From contig CAIKHN010000024.1 in NCBI GenBank assembly GCA_903827265.1, positions 3,332 through 67,331 on the forward strand: 64,000 nt of DNA, written 5' to 3'. Position numbers and translations under genes: made by a program. Every line of letters starts with the position of its first letter. The first letter of the stretch is position 1. Below are positions 18,608 to 27,821 of the stretch, piece after piece. A model generated the notes under the pieces. It ran no database searches and was not told where the DNA came from. It worked only from the letters and a program-made list of their open reading frames with translations. This DNA is from Candidatus Uhrbacteria bacterium (GTDB lineage: Bacteria; Patescibacteriota; Patescibacteriia; UBA9934).

Positions 18608-20101
18608 TTAATGTCTCGCCGCCGAATGTTTCTTTGTCACGTTAAATCCAAGATACTTGCCGAGCATGAAGCGGGTTTGGGCGTCCAGAGCCGGGAAGGC
18701 GCCAAAGAGGATGAAAGTAATCGGGAGAAACGCCCACTGGCCGAGCATGACGAGCCAGTTCCATGGGGAAATTTTTTGTGGACGTGGTGGCAGCATGAAG
18801 AAGCTCAACGCACCGGTCACGAATACACCGAATGTTGCCAACTGCATGATTGCGGACAACGTGTACGGCGAGTTCACGACGATGGCGTTCTGAGAGCCTT
18901 CAATGGTCCAGAATGGAATGTAGCCGAGGATGAAAATGAGGAGCGGCGCTGCGGCCCACGTGAACATGCCTTCGAGGTGATTGAAGAGATACGTAAATTT
19001 CTTCAACTTCGAAAGGTTCGGATGCTTTTTAAATTGCGTCACCATGTACGGAAAATGCTCCACGCCCCATGCCCAACGACGCTGCTGCTTATAGAGGCCC
19101 ACCAAACTTTCCCAATAATTTCCGCCAGCAACGGCGTCCATTGAAACAGGAAGAAACACCGGCGTCACGCGATAGTCGCCGTCGTACTTTAAGAATGCCT
19201 GCATGAAGATGCGCGAGTCTTCGCTGACGAGATCAGGTTCGTGAAATCCAACATCAACCAACATTCGCCACGGCATGGAGTGCGACGAGAACGTCCACAA
19301 ACGTTCCGGACGAACAAGTTCACCGAGTAACCAGAATGTCGTACCGAACGCGGCGATACGCACTGGCGCAGTTGCCGACCAGATGTTGTTCGAGAAGACA
19401 GTCACCGGCTGGAACGATGTTCGCGTTGGATTCGGGATCGTTAAAAAGAGATGCGAAAGCTTTGCAAAGTATTGCGGATGCGCAACGGTGTCGATGTCGA
19501 AGGCGGAAACGATAATGTCGTCGTATGGAATGTTCTTCTCGTCGATCACTTTTTTCACTTCACCTCCCATAAACTTGAGGTTCGATCCCTTTCCTGGGAT
19601 CTCCCCCGTTGTACCGAATGGGTGAATCGTTACAACAAAGTCAGCAAATTTATCGGCGTATTTCGCTTTTACGGATGCGGCGTATCGCGAAAAGTTTTCC
19701 TCGTCACGCTGTTCGCCGCCAAGTACAACAATCATTCTATCGGTTCGATACGGCCCGCGAAGCAACGATTGCATCGCTTCATCGATAATCGATTCATCCT
19801 CATGCAACGTCGGCAACATGACGACGTGATAGACGCGTTCCCATCCAGAAATTTTCTGCACCTCGGCGTACCAATTCACTAGCAACGTCTTTCGATACGA
19901 CCGATACGCAGCAATCACGTGAATGACGAAGTAATACACCCGAAGCATCCAGTACAAATCGAACACGATGATAAAGATGATTCCCGCGATTGGCGCGAAA
20001 ATGGAAAGCGAGAATGCGAACACGAGAACGCCCCATGCGAAGAGCCCTGGAATCATCTCAAGAAACCGATGTTCGCCGTACTGACCAAATCGGACTGCCA
20101 T
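18608..20101 (-). CDS. integral-membrane processive family-2 glycosyltransferase (cellulose/chitin/hyaluronan-synthase-like)
   Basis: Multiple N- and C-terminal TM helices flank a GT-A domain, with a QxxRW motif (QQRRWAWG) diagnostic of processive beta-glycan synthases. Confidence 0.7.
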   Translation of the reverse strand: MAVRFGQYGEHRFLEMIPGLFAWGVLVFAFSLSIFAPIAGIIFIIVFDLYWMLRVYYFVIHVIAAYRSYRKTLLVNWYAEVQKISGWERVYHVVMLPTLHEDESIIDEAMQSLLRGPYRTDRMIVVLGGEQRDEENFSRYAASVKAKYADKFADFVVTIHPFGTTGEIPGKGSNLKFMGGEVKKVIDEKNIPYDDIIVSAFDIDTVAHPQYFAKLSHLFLTIPNPTRTSFQPVTVFSNNIWSATAPVRIAAFGTTFWLLGELVRPERLWTFSSHSMPWRMLVDVGFHEPDLVSEDSRIFMQAFLKYDGDYRVTPVFLPVSMDAVAGGNYWESLVGLYKQQRRWAWGVEHFPYMVTQFKKHPNLSKLKKFTYLFNHLEGMFTWAAAPLLIFILGYIPFWTIEGSQNAIVVNSPYTLSAIMQLATFGVFVTGALSFFMLPPRPQKISPWNWLVMLGQWAFLPITFILFGAFPALDAQTRFMLGKYLGFNVTKKHSAARH

Positions 20102-20104
20102 AGA

Positions 20105-20548
20105 TTATGAAATATTTCTTCGAAGTGCGTCCTTCTTTGTTGCCGTAATCGTGGGAGCGTTCGCGTAGACCGGACGAAGCATTGGCGTTGAGAGCACCGA
20201 TGTAAGGTCGATGAGTGCGATTCTGTCATCGGAACCGAACGGAAGTTCAACGCCGTACATTGGGATCGATCGCGTAAAAGCAAATGTGTTTGCCCACGTC
20301 AGTATTGTTCGAAGTGCAGTTGCTGATCCTGGACCAATGACGACCGCGAGCTCTGAGATTTGTTTCAAATCAATATGCTGTTCGCGAAACCACGCATCGA
20401 TCGTAAAGAGAAACTCTTCCGGTCGAACAGCAAATGTTTTCGGCAAAATCGCAAACGACGCGCGGTCATCGGCAACGACTCCCAACGTCAGCTTCGCAAT
20501 GTCGGATCCGTTCACGTACAGCATCATAGTTCTCCAAAGGTGTTCCAC
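20105..20548 (-). CDS. tsaB: TsaB-like (inactive Kae1/YeaZ homolog) short protein
   Basis: The segment ELAVVIGPGSATALRTILTWANTFAFTRSIPMYGV parallels the YeaZ GPGSFTGLRIG…PLIGV block. The protein is shorter than canonical TsaB. Confidence 0.45.
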   Translation of the reverse strand: MEHLWRTMMLYVNGSDIAKLTLGVVADDRASFAILPKTFAVRPEEFLFTIDAWFREQHIDLKQISELAVVIGPGSATALRTILTWANTFAFTRSIPMYGVELPFGSDDRIALIDLTSVLSTPMLRPVYANAPTITATKKDALRRNIS

Positions 20549-21183
20549 AGTATGACACGTTTTGCTCCGAGAATTGTTGCAAGGAATCGATCGCCAACGT
20601 CTTTGCGGTACAAAAACTCTTCTTTCGGCATGGCAGTAAAGTTCACTTCTCGCGCAATATCGCGCTCAAACTCACGAATCGCTGCAGCAAGATGCTCTGG
20701 ATCGATCGTTCCAACAATCAGCACATCTGTAGGTACATTTACCGCATCCACAAAACGACCAGTAAGCAAAATAAGATCAATATCGCCTTTCTCTTTCAGT
20801 ACGCGAACAATTTCGCGATTCATAAGAACCGCCGCCTTACGCATAACGCCGCGCAAATCCTCAAACAACGGAAATTCTGCATTCGCGCGATAGAACTTTT
20901 TCTTCTCCCCTTTTGTTTCTGGTTCGTCATCTTTTGCTTCCGTCGGAATGATCTTTCCTTCAACTTCAAGAACAATTCCAACATCAACAAGATTTTTCAG
21001 CTCTCGTCGAACCGCGTTTAATTGCGCATCGATACGTCGTGTCAGTTCTCTGACGTAAAATGCTCGATCCGAATTTTCCAAAAACAACGTGAGTAATCGC
21101 GCTCGAGTTCGTGAACCAAAGAGTTGTTCAATACGGAACTCTCCAGGTTTTACGAGCACTTCCGGTTCGTCGGTGTTATCCAT
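20524..21183 (-). CDS. hypothetical protein with predicted winged-helix region
   Basis: Long ORF with good coding texture; no confident family. Overlaps the TsaB-like gene by 25 nt. Confidence 0.35.
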   Translation of the reverse strand: MDNTDEPEVLVKPGEFRIEQLFGSRTRARLLTLFLENSDRAFYVRELTRRIDAQLNAVRRELKNLVDVGIVLEVEGKIIPTEAKDDEPETKGEKKKFYRANAEFPLFEDLRGVMRKAAVLMNREIVRVLKEKGDIDLILLTGRFVDAVNVPTDVLIVGTIDPEHLAAAIREFERDIAREVNFTAMPKEEFLYRKDVGDRFLATILGAKRVILWNTFGEL

Positions 21184-21236
21184 AGAGGAGATCGCGTATA
21201 TCGAAAACTACTACTATACTGTACGAGAAGAGACCT

Positions 21237-23408
21237 TTGTCCGCAACCAGCATCATGCCAAACCCATTATACCGTTTGAAATCCGCAGAACTCCTTGTTC
21301 CAGGCACAACGCCTGAACATTTGAGTGTTCGTACTATCCTGCTCCCGCTCTCCCAAGGCCAAGGTTCTATTTTTGGCCTTGTCGACGTCACGCACCGTGA
21401 CGTCGAAGCACGCGAGCGATTGCTCCATGCGATCGCAAGCCATCTTGAGGCATTTCGAGGCGATATCGATAAAGATGGCGGCAATATTCCACGACGATTT
21501 GAAGCGATGCTTGTTGCAATGAATGCCGACATCACTCGAATTACGTTTGAGAAAAACATTCTCCTGAAAAAAACGAACATTCTTGTTGGGGTTATCACCA
21601 ATGCTCAGGTGTTCTTTAGCGGTATCGGGTCGAATCATGCGCTTTTCCTGCACCGCACTGCGGAACGCAGATACGTCATTTACGAACTTGACGCACAGCT
21701 CACAAGCGACGAAACGTCTCCAGAAAAGCCGCTTGTCACCGTACTGGACGGAGAGCTTCACCCTGGCGACGTCTTTTACGCCGCACGCCGTATTCCACCG
21801 CACGCACTTTCGCTCAGCGATCTGCAAGATATTCTCGTTACGCTTCCTCCACAGGGCGCGCTTGAACGCATTCAGCAATTTGTTCCTCCAACGGTGCAAT
21901 TTGGCGGCATCTGCTTCCATGTCAGCGAGGAAGAGCCACTAGGACCACCAAAGAAAGCGAATCCAATGACTTCGCTTTCAGATCTCGAGGAAACAAAATC
22001 GCGCACCGCCGATTTACTTGGCGAACAAACACCTGACGTCCCACAAAAACTCGCCCTTGGTTTAGCGACCACAAAAAAAATACTCTCAACGTACAGCGAC
22101 AGTGCAGTATGGCGTGGCGTAAAGCGTGCGGCGCGATTTGGTATTAGCGGTATCGAGCAGTTGCTCAGGCGCTCAAAAGAAACTGATTCACGCTCCGGTT
22201 CTCGGTTTAGTGGAAATGGACGACACAGTCGGTTTGGCGGCGTTGCAGGAAAAATCGATTCCCTCCGCCATTCTGGAATTACCGCCTTTAATGATGCGTC
22301 GCGCACCACGAAAGTCATCAGCATTGGCGTTGCGATCCTCATGATTGTCGTGTTCATGAGTATCGCAAACCGCCAAGCAAATCAAAAAACTGCAGAAGCA
22401 AATGTTGCGTATCAGTCGGCGCTCACGAAAATTGAGGAAAAGCGTACTGCCGCAGAAGCTGCAATTATTTACGGCAATACCCAGGAAGCACAAACACTTG
22501 TCACCGACGCTACAAATCTTCTCTCAACACTCCCCCGCGATTCCTCAACACAAAAAACAAAAGCCGACGAACTCAATCGAGCGCTCCAAGATCTCTTAGG
22601 AAAAACCCGAGGAATGGAAACGGTCACACCAGCAAAGGTTGCGGAACTCCCACAGCAATTCGCGTTCCCTCTCGTGGGAATTGTCAGTTCGGGAAGCGCA
22701 ATTTATGGCATCAGCGCCGATGCGTCCCCATGGCGAGTCAATGAAGTCAGCAAAGCAATGGAACACGTTGACGTTGGCCAAAGCCTTGCGCAAAACATCA
22801 TTATTACCGCACAGGAAGGCGACAACATGCTCACAGTCGACATGGACAAGCGATTGTGGCGAACAACAGTAGCAACGCCAGCAGTGACGTCGTTGACGAG
22901 CGGCATCGACGGCATGGCAAGTATCGAGGATTTTTCCTCATACAACGACAACATTTACGCATTAAGTGCTGCGAGCGGGCAAATTGTAAAGATGCGCCCA
23001 CAAGGTATTGGGTTCGAAGCGGGCACACCGTGGATTACCGCAAAGACGAGCGATCTCAGTCACGCAAAAGCACTCGCGATTGATGGAAGCCTGTGGGTAC
23101 TTACCGATACTGGAGTGGTCGTCTTTAAGAGTGGACGCGAAACGCCATGGGATCACGCCGCAATCGACCCGGCAATTGCGAAACCGCTCGATATCTGGAC
23201 CGACGTCGACAGCAAATATCTCTACATCCTCGACGGTAGCGACGGCCGTGTCGTGGTAATGGATAAAGACAAAGGCGGCATCGTCGCGCAGTACGTCGCG
23301 AATCTCTCCGGCGTTGTCAGCTTCGTGGTTCGAGAAAGTGAGAATCGAATACTGCTCACAACACCGACAGCGGTGTATTCGTACACGGCAACGCATCTTC
23401 TCAAGTAA
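21237..23408 (+). CDS. hypothetical 723-aa protein with a single central TM helix
   Basis: Long uninterrupted ORF with a TM segment ISIGVAILMIVVFMSIA near residue 370 and a beta-rich C-terminal half. No family recognised. Confidence 0.5.
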   Translation: MSATSIMPNPLYRLKSAELLVPGTTPEHLSVRTILLPLSQGQGSIFGLVDVTHRDVEARERLLHAIASHLEAFRGDIDKDGGNIPRRFEAMLVAMNADITRITFEKNILLKKTNILVGVITNAQVFFSGIGSNHALFLHRTAERRYVIYELDAQLTSDETSPEKPLVTVLDGELHPGDVFYAARRIPPHALSLSDLQDILVTLPPQGALERIQQFVPPTVQFGGICFHVSEEEPLGPPKKANPMTSLSDLEETKSRTADLLGEQTPDVPQKLALGLATTKKILSTYSDSAVWRGVKRAARFGISGIEQLLRRSKETDSRSGSRFSGNGRHSRFGGVAGKIDSLRHSGITAFNDASRTTKVISIGVAILMIVVFMSIANRQANQKTAEANVAYQSALTKIEEKRTAAEAAIIYGNTQEAQTLVTDATNLLSTLPRDSSTQKTKADELNRALQDLLGKTRGMETVTPAKVAELPQQFAFPLVGIVSSGSAIYGISADASPWRVNEVSKAMEHVDVGQSLAQNIIITAQEGDNMLTVDMDKRLWRTTVATPAVTSLTSGIDGMASIEDFSSYNDNIYALSAASGQIVKMRPQGIGFEAGTPWITAKTSDLSHAKALAIDGSLWVLTDTGVVVFKSGRETPWDHAAIDPAIAKPLDIWTDVDSKYLYILDGSDGRVVVMDKDKGGIVAQYVANLSGVVSFVVRESENRILLTTPTAVYSYTATHLLK

Positions 23409-23410
23409 CA

Positions 23411-23446
23411 CAAAACGCGAGCCCGCATTAGCAGGCTCGCGTTTTG
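23411..23446. terminator. bidirectional terminator between convergent genes
   Basis: Perfect 12-bp stem aaaacgcgagcc/ggctcgcgtttt, with A/T runs on both sides. Confidence 0.7.
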
Positions 23447-23456
23447 ATTTGGCGAA

Positions 23457-23870
23457 TTATCGCAACGAAATTTTGAACATTTTCTCTGGCATCTTTACCG
23501 CGTACTCCCCCGCGCCAAGCCATGCCATACCGAGTGATGCAACGAAGAGCATGAACTCGAATTCCCAACCACCGGAGAAACCCATCTTCCATTTCATAGT
23601 GAGGATTGCGCCAACCATAATTGCCGCAAGTGCGTAGCCGGCATATTTCATGTATGCGCCAACGAGCATTGCTGCGCCACCAAGCAGTTCAACAACTCCA
23701 ACCAACACACCAAGCCATCCTGGCATGCCAAACTTCACAAACATCGCCATCACTCCAGCAACGCTCGCGAGCTTTACTGCGCCGTGCGTAATGAATACGG
23801 CTGCAAGGCCAAGGCGAATACTCAACAATCCCGCATCAGGAGTAGCCCACTTCATTGTCGTCATACACAA
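23457..23870 (-). CDS. DoxX-family membrane protein
   Basis: Four-TM small protein. The N-terminus LGLAAVFITHGAVKL is DoxX-like. Confidence 0.6.
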   Translation of the reverse strand: MCMTTMKWATPDAGLLSIRLGLAAVFITHGAVKLASVAGVMAMFVKFGMPGWLGVLVGVVELLGGAAMLVGAYMKYAGYALAAIMVGAILTMKWKMGFSGGWEFEFMLFVASLGMAWLGAGEYAVKMPEKMFKISLR

Positions 23871-23941
23871 TCAATTAATGAATACAAAGGCATGGTATCA
23901 AAAATCCCCCGTCGCTCGAAAGCGTCGGGGGATAATTGGAT

Positions 23942-24325
23942 TTACTTCAAGGTTACGGTTGCACCTGCTGCTTCGAGCTTTGCCTTCATGTCGTCGGCTT
24001 CTGCCTTTGAAGCACCTTCCTTCACTGCCTTTGGAGCTGCATCGACGATGTCCTTTGCTTCCTTGAGGCCAAGACCGGTCACTTCACGAACAGCCTTGAT
24101 GACGTTGATCTTGCTGTCGCCAGCTGCAGTGAGTTCAACAGTGAATGTTGACTTCTCTTCTGCTGCTGCGCCTGCTGCTGCTGGAGCTGCTGCCATCATC
24201 ATTGCTGGAGCTGCTGCAGAGACACCGAAATTCTCTTCCAACACCTTCACCAACTCTGAAAGATCGAGCACGGACATCTTCTCAATTTCGCTCACAATTG
24301 ACTGGAACTTTGCTGGGATTTCCAT
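23942..24325 (-). CDS. rplL: 50S ribosomal protein L7/L12
   Basis: N-terminal dimerisation helix, Ala/Pro-rich hinge and C-terminal domain ([24 protein letters not shown]). Confidence 0.9.
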   Translation of the reverse strand: MEIPAKFQSIVSEIEKMSVLDLSELVKVLEENFGVSAAAPAMMMAAAPAAAGAAAEEKSTFTVELTAAGDSKINVIKAVREVTGLGLKEAKDIVDAAPKAVKEGASKAEADDMKAKLEAAGATVTLK

Positions 24326-24347
24326 AAGAAGATAAATGATTTTTGAA

Positions 24348-24875
24348 TTACGCTGTTTTCTTTTCCTTCACTGCACCAAGCACATTGACCAAACCACGGA
24401 GGTTGCCAGCGAGAACGTTGACGAATCCGGTTGGCGTTGCGTTGAGTGTACGAACGAGCATTCCAAGGAGTTGCTCCTTGCTTGGCAAGTCGGCGACACG
24501 CTTCACATCGGCCGTACCAATGAGACAGTTTTCCAAGACACCGGCAACCAAGGAACCGATTTCTTTGTCTTTCAAGAAATCTTTGAGCACCTTTGCTGCG
24601 GTCACTTCGTCGCCATAACTCACGGCAGTGAGAATAGAACCCTGTAACGCGTCGGGCACCACACCTTCCACACCTGCTTCCTTTGCTGCAAGCGTCAGTA
24701 ACGTTTTCTTCGAGATGAAGATATCAACGTTCTGTGCTCGAGCCTTGGCGCGCAATGCGTCGGCATGGTTCATGGTAAATCCGGACACGGAGACAAAGGC
24801 TGCGCCTTTCATCCGCTTAAACTGATCCGCGATTCCCGCCACGATGTCGCGTTTTTCTGAACGAGACTTTGGCAT
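24348..24875 (-). CDS. rplJ: 50S ribosomal protein L10
   Basis: 175-aa L10-like sequence immediately upstream of rplL. Confidence 0.9.
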   Translation of the reverse strand: MPKSRSEKRDIVAGIADQFKRMKGAAFVSVSGFTMNHADALRAKARAQNVDIFISKKTLLTLAAKEAGVEGVVPDALQGSILTAVSYGDEVTAAKVLKDFLKDKEIGSLVAGVLENCLIGTADVKRVADLPSKEQLLGMLVRTLNATPTGFVNVLAGNLRGLVNVLGAVKEKKTA

Positions 24876-25030
24876 AGTGAACCGTTAAATGTAAAACGAC
24901 CCCAGAAGGGCCGCAGAAATTCCTTCGAAGCCCCAAAGGAGCAAAGAAGGAGAGATTCTCGACAGGACTTACACCGAGGCTATATCGGCAACCTGTTGTC
25001 TGCGGATCTCGAGGACGGGAAAAGAGTATC
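24876..25030 (-). promoter_or_regulatory. rplJ 5' leader (possible L10 autoregulatory leader)
   Basis: Roughly 150-200 nt of non-coding sequence upstream of rplJ on its strand. Assignment is by position and established knowledge of L10(L12)4 autoregulation only; no structure was verified. Confidence 0.25.
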
Positions 25031-25035
25031 ACACG

Positions 25036-25064
25036 TTGACGATAAGTCAAATATTCGCTAAGGT
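25036..25064 (+). promoter_or_regulatory. promoter/operator module copy 1 (TTGAC-N5-GTCAA palindrome overlapping the -35)
   Basis: ttgacgataagtcaaatattcgctaaggt sits about 45 nt upstream of the 25110 gene and is a near-duplicate of the module at 25946. Confidence 0.4.
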
Positions 25065-25109
25065 TCGCGCCGACAGGAATTCACTTCCCTCCTGTTTCAA
25101 AGGATACTC

Positions 25110-25889
25110 GTGACCCAGACTCCCCCAAGCATGACGCCGGAAGCTGTCCTCGAGCTCTTCAAGTTGGCGATCGCGGAAATGAAGACCTACTACAAGGCGA
25201 TGCAGGCGAAGAACTACCGCCTCGTGGACTACGACTGCTTCACCGCCAACGCCGAGGCGCTCGACACGCTGTTTCAGTCGACACCTTTCATTCAGTTCCC
25301 GGTGCAAGCGGTACCCGCTGACCTAAGGTTGAGGTACCGCGCCGTGGATTGGCCGATCTGGTTCGCCTACAAGGCGGTCGAGGCCATCGGCTACGCGGCA
25401 CGGACGAACGAACGCGAGGGCACCACTTTCGCGGACGCGGTCCAGCCGCTTTGGAAGATCATCGAATGGGAGAAGGCGAAACCGATTCTCGCATCTCAAG
25501 ATCCAGATCAAGAATGGAGCCTGCGCCTCCAAGATCGATTCGCCATAGAGCTCCAACGCAACGGATTCTACGGCGAGTGGATTGTGGAGCTTTCGCTTCG
25601 CGAGAAACCGCTCCTGTGGATGAAGGCTCTGGAAACGGGCCCGCGGGAATTCGAGTTCCGTCTCGACGATACGCTCGAGCTCGTCGATGAAAAGGACTGC
25701 GTCTTCGTCGACTCCACGAGCACGTGGGTCCTCGTTTCGGAAGAGCGTGCGCATCGATGGGAACGAATCGGCAGGCTGCAAGCGGAGCGCGCAAGGGCCG
25801 AGGCCAACTTTCGTTCGCTCGACGCCGAAATCAATGGAGAACTCGGCGTGATCCGCTACCAGGACACGCGGGGCAAGAACGCCACGTAG
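25110..25889 (+). CDS. hypothetical protein, first gene of a G+C-rich islet
   Basis: 259-aa ORF with GTG start and AGGA RBS. Third codon positions are strongly G/C-biased, unlike flanking genes. Confidence 0.5.
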   Translation: MTQTPPSMTPEAVLELFKLAIAEMKTYYKAMQAKNYRLVDYDCFTANAEALDTLFQSTPFIQFPVQAVPADLRLRYRAVDWPIWFAYKAVEAIGYAARTNEREGTTFADAVQPLWKIIEWEKAKPILASQDPDQEWSLRLQDRFAIELQRNGFYGEWIVELSLREKPLLWMKALETGPREFEFRLDDTLELVDEKDCVFVDSTSTWVLVSEERAHRWERIGRLQAERARAEANFRSLDAEINGELGVIRYQDTRGKNAT

Positions 25890-25902
25890 GCACAGAACAC
25901 GA

Positions 25903-25946
25903 CGCCGCGACCACCCTCACAGGTGGCCGCGGCGGTTCTTTTTTAT
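25903..25946 (+). terminator. intrinsic terminator
   Basis: 13-bp stem cgccgcgaccacc/ggtggccgcggcg with one mismatch, followed by ttctttttt. Confidence 0.65.
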
Positions 25947-25975
25947 TGACGAAAAGTCAAAATTTTGCTATATTT
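25946..25975 (+). promoter_or_regulatory. promoter/operator module copy 2 (TTGACG, 17 nt, TATATT; TTGAC-N5-GTCAA palindrome)
   Basis: ttgacgaaaagtcaaaattttgctatattt: -35 TTGACG, 17-nt spacer, -10 TATATT. The downstream gene has GGAGG and a GTG start. Confidence 0.5.
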
Positions 25976-26024
25976 ATTGGTCACTGCAACGAAAGATCAA
26001 TTCACATTCTGTCTTGGAGGCACC

Positions 26025-26672
26025 GTGTCCCACAAGAACAAACCCCTGGACCTCAACACCCGAAACCTGTTCCCAACATCGCTCCTTGAGGCCCAACGCC
26101 TCATCGGCGAACTCATCGGCGAGAATGCTCGGCTCAAAGATCTCGCCTACACCGACGAGCTCACGCATCTCGTGAACCGTCGTCCGCTGATGGCCCAGAT
26201 GGACCGCGTCTTCCACGGCCGAAACGGCGCAGAGGAACGACGTCGAGCCCGCCGTGGCACCGAGAGCATTGCTGTCATGGCGATCGATCTCGAAGGGTTC
26301 AAGCAGGTCAACGACCGGTCGAGTCACGCGGAAGGCGATCGTGCGCTCATCCACACCGCGCAAGTCCTTCGCAGGGCAATCCGCGAAGACGACATCGCGG
26401 CAAGGGTGGGCGGCGACGAGTTCCACGTCAGCCTCTACAACACCACGCTCGAAGGCGCGAACCTCGCGATCGAGCGGATTCTCAAGGGAGTCCGGTCGTT
26501 CGAAAGCCTCGTCGGAAAGCACGTCCTCGACGTGCGGATCGGGTGCGTGTTCTGGGAGCGGGAGATGGGCGATGCACAATACGCCAAGCTCTTCGCTATC
26601 GCCGAACACAACGAGCGGACGCTCAAGACCGAAAAGCGCGTCGGGTCGCTCGTGACCCTGTTCAAACCGTGA
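26025..26672 (+). CDS. GGDEF-domain protein (diguanylate cyclase), stand-alone
   Basis: TDELTHLVNRRPL entry to the GGDEF fold, AIDLEGFKQVND, the RVGGDEF active-site motif and a DRALIH block. GTG start at 26025 with GGAGG RBS; the ORF-track start at 25965 is rejected. Confidence 0.8.
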   Translation: MSHKNKPLDLNTRNLFPTSLLEAQRLIGELIGENARLKDLAYTDELTHLVNRRPLMAQMDRVFHGRNGAEERRRARRGTESIAVMAIDLEGFKQVNDRSSHAEGDRALIHTAQVLRRAIREDDIAARVGGDEFHVSLYNTTLEGANLAIERILKGVRSFESLVGKHVLDVRIGCVFWEREMGDAQYAKLFAIAEHNERTLKTEKRVGSLVTLFKP

Positions 26673-26696
26673 CATCAGCGTTACGCACGCCCACGG

Positions 26697-26729
26697 CCGG
26701 CCCTTCGCAAGAAGGGTCGGTTTTCTTTG
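26697..26729 (+). terminator. intrinsic terminator
   Basis: Stem ccggcccttc/gaagggtcgg (9 of 10 bp) with loop gcaa, followed by ttttcttt. Confidence 0.55.
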
Positions 26730-26755
26730 ACAAAACACCAATTTTCTGGTATAGT
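26727..26755 (+). promoter_or_regulatory. near-consensus sigma70 promoter (TTGACA, 17 nt, TATAGT)
   Basis: TTGACA at 26727-26732, 17-nt spacer, TATAGT at 26750-26755. Confidence 0.55.
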
Positions 26756-26851
26756 ATTGCGTCAGAGAGTCCTATCCTCTCTGCCGCAACACTCCCCCCG
26801 GCCATCAGGCCATCCCACCAAGTACCGCAGAAGCCCACGGAGCCATACACC

Positions 26852-27433
26852 ATGGCCAAAAAGCAGTTCGAAGTCCCGGAATACGAAAACGCATGCACCG
26901 TAAACCCACGGCGGAGCCGTCGGCCGAAGACCGACACTGAACCTGGCGTCAAAAACATCCTGTTTCCCTGGTTTACCACGGGACAGGAACTGACCCTCGT
27001 CGGCTGCGACAACGGTGAACTGGAGATCGGTGGCGATAACGACACGGAGCTCTACGACTTCAGCTGGAAGGACAGCGAAGACGTCATCCAAGGTGAACAC
27101 CTGCTGGAGATGTATGAGTTCGTTTCCGACAGCGCTGACGACATCGACAACGAGCTGGCGCCTGCGCCGCTCGAACTCGACGTCCTCGACCGGTTCTACG
27201 CCGGTACCGCCGACACCTTCGACAGCATCGTTGCCATGAGCCGGATCGCCGGCCTGGACATCGGCGATGTCGTCGATCAGCTGCTCGCGAAGGGCGTCGA
27301 CCTCCTCCGGCCGATGGTCGAGGATGAGGAAGACGACAGCGACCCGATCACCGCCGTGGATTTCCTGACCAACCGCGAGCTCCGCGGCGTCAGCAGCCTC
27401 CCCGGCCGGCGATTCATCTACGCCAACGCGTGA
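26852..27433 (+). CDS. highly acidic hypothetical protein (193 aa)
   Basis: ATG at 26852, in frame with the longer track ORF 26543..27433. The translation is very rich in D/E (…VEDEEDDSDPITAVDF…). No family recognised. Confidence 0.5.
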   Translation: MAKKQFEVPEYENACTVNPRRSRRPKTDTEPGVKNILFPWFTTGQELTLVGCDNGELEIGGDNDTELYDFSWKDSEDVIQGEHLLEMYEFVSDSADDIDNELAPAPLELDVLDRFYAGTADTFDSIVAMSRIAGLDIGDVVDQLLAKGVDLLRPMVEDEEDDSDPITAVDFLTNRELRGVSSLPGRRFIYANA

Positions 27434-27559
27434 CAACGAGGGCGGTGCAGACATCATGCACCGCCCAGCCCCCAGAGTTTCCGAGTACACTCGGAGATTG
27501 CGGGGGCGAACAAGTACTTGAACGCCAACACCAACCCTTTCCGAGCAATCGGAGGAAAA

Positions 27560-27739
27560 ATGGATCAAAGAGACTACGATAAGATGGTGCTCCGGGGGAT
27601 GACCGAGGAAACTGCGCGAGACATCGCGCTTCACGATGAAGCCTGGAGGCGCCATCGAGAGACGAGGGATCGGCGACAGCCGAGCACCGAGCAAGATCTC
27701 GCACGAGCGCTCGGCTTCGATTCGAACGGAACGTACTAA
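27560..27739 (+). CDS. small hypothetical protein (59 aa)
   Basis: ATG preceded by GGAGGaaaa, with G+C-rich codon usage like the rest of the islet. Confidence 0.3.
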   Translation: MDQRDYDKMVLRGMTEETARDIALHDEAWRRHRETRDRRQPSTEQDLARALGFDSNGTY

Positions 27740-27821
27740 GCGCACGAGGAACGAGAGACGTCATCTCGTTCCGCCCGCAGAGTTCATGATCGGATTCGAT
27801 CGTGGGTTGTGCGAGAAAAGC

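Noticed and set aside
25974-27745. Long minus-strand ORFs (25974..26741, 26762..27745) and the plus ORF 26254..26655, lying antisense to or overlapping the GGDEF and acidic genes
   Set aside because: They lie in the G+C-rich islet, where stop codons are rare in all frames. The translations are Arg/Pro/Ala-rich and low-complexity, and there are no RBS or promoter signals. The sense genes have clear domain motifs (GGDEF) and promoters.
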